Counted from the first letter of the stretch, positions 29,760 to 37,230 are shown. The stretch: DNA of 64,000 nucleotides from a bacterium (GCA_031411135.1 JANOAN010000003.1:10614-74613), one strand, 5' to 3'. Numbers and translations: made by a program. Notes: generated by a model not told the origin, from the letters alone.

Positions 29760-29816
29760 TCTTCTGTTTCGCTCTGTTGAGCTCGTCAGGCAAGATTCAT
29801 CTTGCGACAGAGAGGA
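29760..29816 (-). ncRNA. type III hammerhead ribozyme, copy 2
   Basis: Minus-strand read: CUCUCUGUC^GCAAGA-UGAA-UCUUGC CUGACGAG CUC-AACA-GAG CGAAAC AGAAG. The core is intact. Stems I and II differ in sequence from copies 1 and 3 but stay paired. Predicted cleavage is after C at 29806. Confidence 0.85.
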
Positions 29817-29842
29817 TTTTAAGGTTCCTCGAACCTGCGTTC

Positions 29843-30073
29843 TCACCCCTCCACAAAGTGGAGTAGGTGAACCTCGTGCTCCTTGTTTTTCCTCTCGAGA
29901 TGCTTGACCAGTTCAAGCTGCTCGTGAGGAATCCTTGGAGTGAACCTGTGTGGTTCAGCTGAGGTGCCAGGTGCTGCGGGCTCTGACTTTGAACACTGTT
30001 CAAAGTTTCGAGTGCGCAGTTCCTGATTCCACTCGTGGCGAATCCGTTGGTGGCGGGCTTGTTTGTGGTTCAT
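29843..30073 (-). CDS. hypothetical small basic protein (hammerhead operon gene 1)
   Basis: A 76 aa ORF taken from MNHKQARHQ at 30073. The longer track ORF, which starts at 30118, would begin inside the ribozyme. The ATG lies 17 nt after hammerhead 3. Confidence 0.4.
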   Translation of the reverse strand: MNHKQARHQRIRHEWNQELRTRNFEQCSKSEPAAPGTSAEPHRFTPRIPHEQLELVKHLERKNKEHEVHLLHFVEG

Positions 30074-30090
30074 AGTGGTGGTTTGTAAGG

Positions 30091-30163
30091 TTCGCTGTTT
30101 CGTCCTGTCTGCACACATGTGCAGTAGACTCGTCAGGCAAGGTCACACCTTGCGACAGGCGGT
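30091..30163 (-). ncRNA. type III hammerhead ribozyme, copy 3
   Basis: Minus-strand read: CCGCCUGUC^GCAAGGU-GUG-ACCUUGC CUGACGAG UCU-A-CUGCAC-AUGU-GUGCAG-AC-AGGA CGAAAC AGCG. The core is intact. Predicted cleavage is after C at 30154. Confidence 0.85.
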
Positions 30164-30494
30164 TTTGAGGCGGTTTCAGAGCTACCTCGCCGTACCATGT
30201 GGGTTCTTCCCCATGGATTCAGCAGCTCCTACTCCCGCCCTTGACGCTGTGCCGCGCACAACGCTTGTCTGCTTTTTGCCAGACAAGTGGCTTTTTACCG
30301 ATTCGGCCTCCTCAGTGGTTTGTTTGCGTGATCTGGTACTTTGGAGGTCCAGTCAGGTTTGAGCCACTTAGACTCTTCGACTCGCACCCTCTGTGCCTAG
30401 TCGCCGTTCCTCGGTAGGGCTTCGCCAGCGAACCCTTGACCTTTTGTAAGGTGCCTTTTCTGCAGAAGACTATACTTGACACAACTAAATAATG
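30164..30494 (-). other. ORF-free GC-rich structured leader RNA region upstream of hammerhead 3
   Basis: No credible ORF on the minus strand (only a 10-codon ATG ORF). Several perfect local hairpins: CUUGUCUG-GCAAAAAG-CAGACAAG, UGUGC-GCG-GCACA, CCAUGGGG-AAGAA-CCC-A-CAUGG and GGG-UUCG-CUGG-CGAA-G-CCC. The 5' limit is only inferred from a weak promoter. Confidence 0.3.
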
Positions 30495-30500
30495 CTTGTA

Positions 30501-30530
30501 TTTATAGGTAGTTTTGTAATACATATTCAA
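30501..30530 (-). promoter_or_regulatory. candidate promoter of the hammerhead operon
   Basis: Minus strand: TTGAAT, an 18 nt spacer, then TATAAA. Weak evidence. A divergent plus-strand TTGACA-17-TATTTA at 30476..30504 could serve 30603..31331. Confidence 0.3.
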
Positions 30531-30602
30531 CAAAAGTACCCTACTTGCCTTATTTATAAAGGTTTGTTATAATTCTAAAACGTAATATAAAGTTACACTT
30601 TT

Positions 30603-31331
30603 ATGAAAACAAACTTAATACTCGAAAAAATAGGCCTAACAAAGCATGAAAGTGCTATATACCTAGCGCTTTTAGAGCTAGGTCCCTCAATCATTACGAA
30701 AATCTCAGAGAAGACTTCCATTCATCGACCGATCGTGTATAAAACCCTCCCTAACCTCTTAGAAAAGAAGTTGATTACACAGAACCCAGTCAAAAAACAT
30801 ATTGTCTACACAGCAGAACCACCAAACAGACTTGAAGCAATCTTTGAGGATTTAAAACACGAATTATTTAATCTTCTCCCAATACTTGAGGATTCGTATG
30901 TGATGAATACAAAAAAACTTAAAGTGAGATTTATTGAAGGTAAGGATGGGACAAAAAGAGTTTTCGACGATGTTGTCCGAAGTTTACCTAAAGGTTCAAC
31001 TTTCTACAGATATAGCTCCAACACTGACGGAGTTGAGAAAAAAGATAAATACTTACCACGTGCCTACCGAAACATTCGCGATGCAAAGAAATTGGAGCGA
31101 CAAGTCATCACCAACGAAGAAACTTCTAAGCAGAAAGAAGCAAAGTTAGATCGATTTATAAAAGTAATGCCGAACGACTTTGGATCATTCAACCACAATG
31201 TCACCCACCTGATTTACGGAGACAAAGTTGCTTTCATAGACTACAACTCAGAGACAGCGGTGGTTATTGAAAACAAAAAAATCGCAGATTTCCAGAGAAA
31301 TATTTTCCAAGTTCTATACAAAAAGCTTTAA
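30603..31331 (+). CDS. TrmB-like HTH transcriptional regulator
   Basis: LEKIGLTKHESAIYLALLELGPSIITKISEKTSIHRPIVYKTLPNLLEKKLI. Same architecture as 7497..8264. Confidence 0.55.
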   Translation: MKTNLILEKIGLTKHESAIYLALLELGPSIITKISEKTSIHRPIVYKTLPNLLEKKLITQNPVKKHIVYTAEPPNRLEAIFEDLKHELFNLLPILEDSYVMNTKKLKVRFIEGKDGTKRVFDDVVRSLPKGSTFYRYSSNTDGVEKKDKYLPRAYRNIRDAKKLERQVITNEETSKQKEAKLDRFIKVMPNDFGSFNHNVTHLIYGDKVAFIDYNSETAVVIENKKIADFQRNIFQVLYKKL

Positions 31332-32060
31332 AGCACTTCCGAAATCCTCTGGGTACGGTGCTTCAATCTTAATTAATCCGCCTCCCAGGTCAGTAAACTC
31401 AATACTCCTTGAATGTAGTGCTAATCTCTCGAAGCCCAATACCTTGGGGTGATTTGGGGCATACAAGCCATCTCCCACCACTGGGTGATGAAGAAAATGC
31501 ATGTGTACGCGGATCTGATGAGTTCTTCCGGTTAGAGGATGACACTCAATCAAACTAAAACTCGGTGTGATTTTATAATCCTGATTTTCTAAAGTGATTT
31601 CTTTTAAAACTTTATACTCTGTCACCGCTTCGCGCATCTCGCCTCGTGCAAAACGTCCAGCGCTCCACTTTCGAAAATCGCTTTTACTTCTCCCAATCGG
31701 TCTATCCACTTCCCCTTTCTTTTCCTTGAAAAGCCCCCACACAACAGCATTGTATGTTTTATGCACCTCACGATTCTGAAACTGCTCCTTTAAATATTCA
31801 AAACATTCCTGAGTTTTAGCTATAACCATGGCACCTGAAGTTTCGCGGTCCAATCTATGCACAATCCCAGGGCGATAAATAATTTCTCCTTCCGGATTTT
31901 TGCCCGGTTCGCCTACTTCTTTAATTTTTGGATACTTTTCAATCAGCCAATCACATAAATTAACCTCTTTGGTCTTTCCATCTGAATGTACGACCAAACC
32001 GGCTGGCTTGTTTATAACCAGAAGGTTCTTGTTTTCAAATAGGATTATTGGCTCTTTCAT
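31314..32060 (-). CDS. RluA-family pseudouridine synthase
   Basis: Catalytic HRLDRETSGAMVIAKT motif and a C-terminal GRTHQIRVH motif. Confidence 0.85.
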   Translation of the reverse strand: MKEPIILFENKNLLVINKPAGLVVHSDGKTKEVNLCDWLIEKYPKIKEVGEPGKNPEGEIIYRPGIVHRLDRETSGAMVIAKTQECFEYLKEQFQNREVHKTYNAVVWGLFKEKKGEVDRPIGRSKSDFRKWSAGRFARGEMREAVTEYKVLKEITLENQDYKITPSFSLIECHPLTGRTHQIRVHMHFLHHPVVGDGLYAPNHPKVLGFERLALHSRSIEFTDLGGGLIKIEAPYPEDFGSALKLFV

Positions 32061-32121
32061 TGAAACAACATTACCCTAAAAGGTTGAAAAAGTCATTTAA
32101 ATGGGATACTATCTATTTCAC

Positions 32122-32194
32122 GGGAGATTAGCTCAGTTGGTAGAGCAACTCATTTACACTGAGAAGGTCACAGGTTCGAGTCCTGTATCTCCCA
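32122..32194 (+). tRNA. tRNA-Val (anticodon TAC)
   Basis: Acceptor GGGAGAT/ATCTCCC, D-arm GCTCAGTTGGTAGAGC, anticodon loop TTTACAC, and T-arm CAGGTTCGAGTCCTG. Confidence 0.85.
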
Positions 32195-32268
32195 CAAATT
32201 AACGAGCGAAGCGACTATAACTTGTGAGGATGTCGCGAATAGCCACGCCCACCAAAGATTGATATCTG

Positions 32269-32340
32269 TGCTCCCGGTTGGAATCGAACCAACATTGACG
32301 GCTTAGAAGTCCGCAGTTCTATCCATTGAACTACAGGAGC
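32269..32340 (-). tRNA. tRNA-Arg (anticodon TCT)
   Basis: Minus-strand fold: acceptor GCTCCTG/CGGGAGC, anticodon loop CTTCTAA, and T-arm GTTGG-TTCGATT-CCAAC. Confidence 0.8.
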
Positions 32341-32371
32341 ATAACGTGATGACCCTTACGATACATTAATA

Positions 32372-32680
32372 CTACGATTTCTTCAACTCGATAATCATTT
32401 TTTCAAAACTTTCTTTTTTCTTCATATACAACTCAATGGTTTGATTAAGCTCTAATTTCCCATCCCCACCATCAGAACTAACTGTGCTTGTAGCCGTAGC
32501 GCTTTCTTTTACTATAATAGGTGCGTCCAAGTCTTTGCCATCAGCTGACATTTGGTGGTAAAAAACAAATCCATAAATCAAAACAGCCATACCGAGGATT
32601 ATAGAGGTGATTAAAACCCTCCTCCAGTCTGTTTGAGGTTTTTCGCCAATTATATAGAAATGTTTTTTAAAGAGTTTCAT
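32372..32680 (-). CDS. small single-pass membrane protein (last gene of the pilMNO cluster)
   Basis: A 102 aa ORF with one TM helix (VLITSIILGMAVLIYGFVFY). Operonic with pilMNO. Confidence 0.5.
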   Translation of the reverse strand: MKLFKKHFYIIGEKPQTDWRRVLITSIILGMAVLIYGFVFYHQMSADGKDLDAPIIVKESATATSTVSSDGGDGKLELNQTIELYMKKKESFEKMIIELKKS

Positions 32681-32686
32681 ATATTA

Positions 32687-33244
32687 TTACTGGGTTAATT
32701 TTACCTCGACATCTTTTAATTTTACCAAGACCATGTCAATACTAGCCAACCACTTTAAAGTAGAGGATGCATCACCTGATTTTGCAAACGAAAGTTTGTT
32801 AATTTTTATATTGTAAGGCAAGGCTTCAATCAAAGCGATACTTTTTGAAACATCAGATTTTGCACCTTCAATTTTAAAAGTAACCTTTAGAAAATCTACA
32901 CCGTCTGGCATACCAAACGCTTCTTCAGTCGATACTGATTGCGTCGTTATTTTAGTGCCCGTCATAGGTCCGAAACCCTCTATGGTCTGCACAACATCTG
33001 CAGTCTGATCAGGGCGAATCAGGAAGGACTTCAAATCGAAACCTTCTCTAAAATTGAGTTCGATCTTTTTTCTAAGGTCTTTAACTGCTTGATCTTTTTT
33101 CATTGCAAAAGTAACCTTATTTTTCAAATCGCCAAATGAAGCACTTTTAGCTCTGACTTGGTGAAGCATGTAGAAATATGCACCCCAGATCCCTACTGTA
33201 ATTACCAAATTGAGTATTAGAAGATTTAAAGTTTTTTTCTTCAT
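32687..33244 (-). CDS. PilO-like type IV pilus assembly protein
   Basis: N-terminal TM helix plus a periplasmic domain. Overlaps the upstream PilN-like gene by 4 nt. The assignment rests on position after PilM and PilN. Confidence 0.5.
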   Translation of the reverse strand: MKKKTLNLLILNLVITVGIWGAYFYMLHQVRAKSASFGDLKNKVTFAMKKDQAVKDLRKKIELNFREGFDLKSFLIRPDQTADVVQTIEGFGPMTGTKITTQSVSTEEAFGMPDGVDFLKVTFKIEGAKSDVSKSIALIEALPYNIKINKLSFAKSGDASSTLKWLASIDMVLVKLKDVEVKLTQ

Positions 33245-33789
33245 ATTTTTAATTTTTCGACATTAACCAAAAGATTCAAGGTAAAGTCTAAATTGTCTTG
33301 TCTCGCCAAGCTATTGTAAGGAAAAGATGCACCCGTAAAAGCCGGGTCTTGTTTTAAAGTATTAATAAACTTTATAAGCGAATCTCTATTCTTTGAAACA
33401 CCACTAAGTTGCACTGAAACATTTTCATCAAAATGATTTATTTGAAATTGACGAATGGTCGTCATGTCCCCTGCTTTTTTTTCCAAATGGCTAAAAATAT
33501 CCAAATTTGAAAATGTCTTACCTAATGGGGACAGGAACGATGCTGTATTTGAAATATCTGCCAGTTTCTTGGAAAGCTCGTCTGCACCAACAGAAGAATT
33601 TCCACCGACATTTTTTTCCTGCAACTTTAAAATCTTTTCATGGGTAGAGACTAGTACTTTTGAAGGAATAATAGATACAACGGCAACAACCCCTACAAAA
33701 GATAACGAAATCAATGCGACAATAATTAACCGCATTCGGTATTCTTGTAAAACTTTTTTCTTTTGTTCTTCTGTTAATAAGTAGAGCAT
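33241..33789 (-). CDS. PilN-like type IV pilus assembly protein
   Basis: Short cytoplasmic N-terminus, one TM helix (LIIVALISLSFVGVVAVVSII) and a periplasmic domain. Lies immediately downstream of pilM. Confidence 0.5.
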   Translation of the reverse strand: MLYLLTEEQKKKVLQEYRMRLIIVALISLSFVGVVAVVSIIPSKVLVSTHEKILKLQEKNVGGNSSVGADELSKKLADISNTASFLSPLGKTFSNLDIFSHLEKKAGDMTTIRQFQINHFDENVSVQLSGVSKNRDSLIKFINTLKQDPAFTGASFPYNSLARQDNLDFTLNLLVNVEKLKI

Positions 33790-33795
33790 AAAAAA

Positions 33796-34902
33796 TTAAT
33801 ATCTGTGTTTTGGTAAAGCCAAACCAATTACAGTAGCAAAGTCCAATGAATCATTAAATTTAATATCCGGTACAGTATCTTTTAAATCCAACACATTTTG
33901 CCAAACATTAGCTACCTCAACCTCGACATTTAAACTTGTAGAAAAATATTCCCTCAACCCAGGTAGTAATGAATCATGACCAGAGAGAATAATTTTTTTA
34001 ATCATCGCGCCTGACGTCTCCCCAGAAGACTTGAGCTTGTCTTGAAAAGATTGCCAGTAAACGATGACTCGCTGAGTCTCGTCTTTGATAGCAGATAAAC
34101 CATTAATCATCCCCGCAAAAACCTTGTTATTATCGAGGTCGACATTTTCATACAAAGGATCAGTCTTCATTTTTTCTGCTTCCTCTTTGCTTATACAGTA
34201 CTCTCTCATTAATCCATCCGTAAAATCAGCAGAACCGATTGAAACAGAAGAAGTGAATTGAAGGGCATGATCAGACACAATAGACAAAATCGTGCGTTTG
34301 TCTGAAATCTGAACCAAGAGGTATGCTGACGAGTCATCGTAATTGATTACCGCACGAGATAGGGCTTGATTTTCAATTAAAAAGGAAATCGGGGTCATGC
34401 CAGACTTTTCAAGAAGAATTGTATAATCACGCACAATTTGATAAGGCACAACCGAAACTGCAACGGTAACCATTCCTGTTTTTTTATCTGCTCGAATTGG
34501 AAAGTATTCAAAAATCGCTTCAGCCAATGTTAAAGGCACATTTTCTTCAAGGTGCATCTCGATGTTGGCTCGCATCCCTGAATCATCCCCTGCTGGCACA
34601 TCAGTTGTATACAAATAGGATTTTACTTCCGGAATAGAAACTTCAACAAAGGAAATTTTCTGAGTTTTTTGAATCTGAGTCAGAGCGTCCTGCAGATCTT
34701 TATTATTCACAAGACTATCATCAAAAGAAATTTGATTGGCAAGTTTCTGGCTACCGAATTTATTGATTTTTAGGTGCCCTGATTCCTTTGTTAATTCTAT
34801 ATATTTAACAGAAGAAGGGGTAATGTCCAGACCAACATGAGACATGTCTAAAAAATATGGTGTCGGGAAATATGTAAGGAGCTTTGTGGAGAGCTTCATC
34901 AC
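33796..34902 (-). CDS. pilM: type IV pilus assembly ATPase-fold protein PilM
   Basis: A 368 aa actin-like fold pattern (GLDITPSSVKYIEL ... ILSGHDSLLPGLREY), in the context of PilN- and PilO-like genes. Confidence 0.65.
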   Translation of the reverse strand: MMKLSTKLLTYFPTPYFLDMSHVGLDITPSSVKYIELTKESGHLKINKFGSQKLANQISFDDSLVNNKDLQDALTQIQKTQKISFVEVSIPEVKSYLYTTDVPAGDDSGMRANIEMHLEENVPLTLAEAIFEYFPIRADKKTGMVTVAVSVVPYQIVRDYTILLEKSGMTPISFLIENQALSRAVINYDDSSAYLLVQISDKRTILSIVSDHALQFTSSVSIGSADFTDGLMREYCISKEEAEKMKTDPLYENVDLDNNKVFAGMINGLSAIKDETQRVIVYWQSFQDKLKSSGETSGAMIKKIILSGHDSLLPGLREYFSTSLNVEVEVANVWQNVLDLKDTVPDIKFNDSLDFATVIGLALPKHRY

Positions 34903-34918
34903 CCAATTATAACACTTC

Positions 34919-35251
34919 CTAAGAGATTCTTGTACCGGCTGGAATGTCAGCTGTGGGTTTTAATAACCCAAGATTATTTTCATGCGAGGCAGCGAGGATC
35001 ATAGCCTGACTTTCAAGTCCCATAATCATGCGGGGCTCGAGATTTGTCACGAATGGAAAATTTTGGTTTATAAGTTGTGTTAAGTCAGGAAAAAATTTAG
35101 CGATACCTGAAATTACCTGTCGTGGGGCAGGTTCTGCAAAGCCCACAGTTAGTTTTAAAAGCTTTTCAGACCCAACTACAGGTTCAGCCGACAGAATCTT
35201 TCCGATTGTTATCTCGACTTTTGCAAAGTCATCAAAGGTTATTTTGTTCAT
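34919..35251 (-). CDS. tRNA-binding domain protein (CsaA/Trbp111-like)
   Basis: FAKVEITIGKILSAEPVVGSEKLLKLTV...QVISGIAKFF, the typical OB-fold tRNA-binding domain. Confidence 0.75.
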   Translation of the reverse strand: MNKITFDDFAKVEITIGKILSAEPVVGSEKLLKLTVGFAEPAPRQVISGIAKFFPDLTQLINQNFPFVTNLEPRMIMGLESQAMILAASHENNLGLLKPTADIPAGTRIS

Positions 35252-35639
35252 TTTTATATTTAAGCCTATTTAAGTAACTTTGTAAAATGATTGAAGCGGC
35301 ACCGGAGTCGATATTTTCCGTATCTCCTTGGATTTTTGAGACTTGGTGGGAAGATAAAGTTTCGGGTTCGTATACGAGAGGTATATTGGAAAGTTTTGAG
35401 AATTTTTCTACAAATTTTTTTATATCCTTCATAATCGGATTTTCAACATTATTAAAGTCTTTTGATTCCCCTACCACTACCAAGTCGATATCGTTTTGTT
35501 TACACAGCTCTTGTATTTGTTGCGGAAGCTCAACATCATTTTCAATAATAGAATGTGGAAAAGCAATTTTCTTGTCAGGATCTGACATGGCGATACCAAC
35601 ACGTCTTTTTCCGTAGTCAATTCCTAAAGCTCTGCTCAT
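35232..35639 (-). CDS. ruvX: Holliday junction resolvase-like / pre-16S rRNA nuclease YqgF
   Basis: ALGIDYGKRRVGIAMSD N-terminus and 135 aa length. Confidence 0.8.
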   Translation of the reverse strand: MSRALGIDYGKRRVGIAMSDPDKKIAFPHSIIENDVELPQQIQELCKQNDIDLVVVGESKDFNNVENPIMKDIKKFVEKFSKLSNIPLVYEPETLSSHQVSKIQGDTENIDSGAASIILQSYLNRLKYKNEQNNL

Positions 35640-35688
35640 ATGGTGAGAATACTAGCATTTGATAGGGTTTTTTGATAGGATGTTCCGC

Positions 35689-35775
35689 GGAGGAGTGGCA
35701 GAGTGGTCGATCGCAACAGTCTTGAAAACTGTAGTCCTCGCAAGGGGACCGTGAGTTCGAATCTCACCTCCTCCG
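35689..35775 (+). tRNA. tRNA-Ser (anticodon TGA)
   Basis: Acceptor GGAGGAG/CTCCTCC, anticodon stem-loop ACAGT-CTTGAAA-ACTGT, a long variable arm, and T-arm GTGAG-TTCGAAT-CTCAC. Confidence 0.9.
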
Positions 35776-35840
35776 CACGCAAAAAACAGCTCAGAATATG
35801 GGCTGTTTTTTGTTTATCCAGGTGAGATTCGAACTTTTGG
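35768..35840 (+). repeat. att-like repeat copy 1 (tRNA-Ser 3' end + hairpin + inverted T-arm fragment)
   Basis: CTCCTCCGCACGCAAAAAAC, a hairpin, then TGTTTATCCAGGTGAGATTCGAACTTTTGG. Its parts recur at 37231..37320, 37871..37920 and 38630..38665. Confidence 0.7.
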
Positions 35841-35944
35841 TGTTGACTTATTGCATTTTAGTGATATAAATGTGAAGAATTTTCAAGTACTTTAAAATCA
35901 GTGCTTGGGCTTGGAAGAAAGACTGTAATTGACTTGCTGGCAAT

Positions 35945-37138
35945 ATGCCAAGCGGATTATTGACTTTCACTCCAAACCCAACTCACTACAAAATGAAAAC
36001 AAATCATGCGGAGCCGATCGATCGGCTTATCCGTTCCTACGAAGCAACGATGCAGTTCATCACATTTATGATGTGGCTCTGGAGAAGAGGAGATACTGAC
36101 GGGAGGTTCACAGATCCTTTTTGGCAGAGAATCTTCAATGGGCCTGTGAAGAACTGGAAGGATCTTCGTAAAGCCCTCCTTCGAATTCACAGCGACGGCT
36201 TTGATAACGAAAAGTTTGCAGGTCCTTCAATCACGGAACATGCTCTTAGTCAGAAAGAATTTGAATTCGGACAGTCTCGGATGATTGCTTCTCGTGTCGC
36301 CGAATGGACAAGGTCATCACGTCGTGTTTACTTTGTCCCAACCGACCTCCAACTCTTGCTTTCGACGACGAGTCTCAAAGATGTAGATTGGTCAATGATC
36401 AATTGGCCGTTTGATTCATTTCTGATTTCCTTCGAAATTCCAGTCAAACATCGAGGCAAGCAGATCGACTCGGTGTTGGTATCAAAGGAGCGGGTGGGAG
36501 AACATAAGATTATGGTGATTGAAACAATTGCCACTGATCTCCCGACCATCGAGTCGGTATTCGTCGGAAACCAAATCCAACGAATTGAAACGGCTCTGAG
36601 GAAGGAAGATTTCGAATACGCATCCGAAAAACTTGGAGGTGCGTATACAAATCGGCTCGCCATTGGCGGTGGAGACATCTGGCTTGCAAGCGAAAAGACG
36701 TTCAAACCTGGCGGACTAGCAGAAAAATTCGAGAACTTAGGGGAAGATCCTGAGTCAAAAATTATCTTCCGATTAATGTTCGGGCTACTTCTATACCTAC
36801 AGTCTCGCCCTCACAAGGAGCTTGCACCAAAAGGATGGGAGCCTTCAGCATTCGAACGGTGCGAAGGTCCAGCAAAAGTCATACGCATCGAGTCAGAAGT
36901 GTGCATCGTAAAAAGCATCTACAAGCTGACTGACACTGAACGGTCTGTGTTAGGACCTGCACTCCGCGGTGGATACGTTGAGGTGTCCCCTCACCACCGT
37001 GAGGGACACTGGCGTCGCCCACCGGGTAAAGGTGATGATCCAAATCACCCAAAGACAGTCTGGGTCAGACCTACAATAGTCAGAGGAGATAAGCTTGTCG
37101 ATGGAACACTACCAGTCGGGAGCTCTGAAGTAGTGTAA
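35945..37138 (+). CDS. hypothetical protein (GC-rich island cargo)
   Basis: A 397 aa ORF (alternative start MKTNH at 35993) with the C-terminal motif VSPHHREGHWRRPPGKG. No family recognised. The antisense ORFs are judged to be artefacts. Confidence 0.55.
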   Translation: MPSGLLTFTPNPTHYKMKTNHAEPIDRLIRSYEATMQFITFMMWLWRRGDTDGRFTDPFWQRIFNGPVKNWKDLRKALLRIHSDGFDNEKFAGPSITEHALSQKEFEFGQSRMIASRVAEWTRSSRRVYFVPTDLQLLLSTTSLKDVDWSMINWPFDSFLISFEIPVKHRGKQIDSVLVSKERVGEHKIMVIETIATDLPTIESVFVGNQIQRIETALRKEDFEYASEKLGGAYTNRLAIGGGDIWLASEKTFKPGGLAEKFENLGEDPESKIIFRLMFGLLLYLQSRPHKELAPKGWEPSAFERCEGPAKVIRIESEVCIVKSIYKLTDTERSVLGPALRGGYVEVSPHHREGHWRRPPGKGDDPNHPKTVWVRPTIVRGDKLVDGTLPVGSSEVV

Positions 37139-37230
37139 ATGATGGTAATCCCATTCGGTGCCAGTAACGTGTAACTGGCATACCCACCTTTCTCGAGCGT
37201 TGTCTCGGGGGGTGGTTTTTATTTTACATA

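Noticed and set aside
30164-30494. Possible RNase P RNA, tmRNA, SRP RNA, or a twister or pistol ribozyme in the GC-rich leader.
   Set aside because: Partial similarities exist (GAGGAACGGCGAC, GUAGGAGCUGCUGAA). The diagnostic boxes are missing: GAGGAAAGUCC and ACAGAANNNGGCUUA for RNase P, a tRNA-like 3' end for tmRNA, and the GGAA/AGCA helix-8 loop for SRP. No twister or pistol consensus is present either. This needs a covariance-model scan to be certain.
30063-30533. Track ORFs 30063..30362 (+), 30199..30417 (+), 30312..30533 (-) and the long version of 29843..30118 (-).
   Set aside because: They overlap the hammerhead 3 core or the promoter region, have no start context and read as low-complexity sequence. 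I treat the region as noncoding RNA, and gene 1 as starting at 30073.
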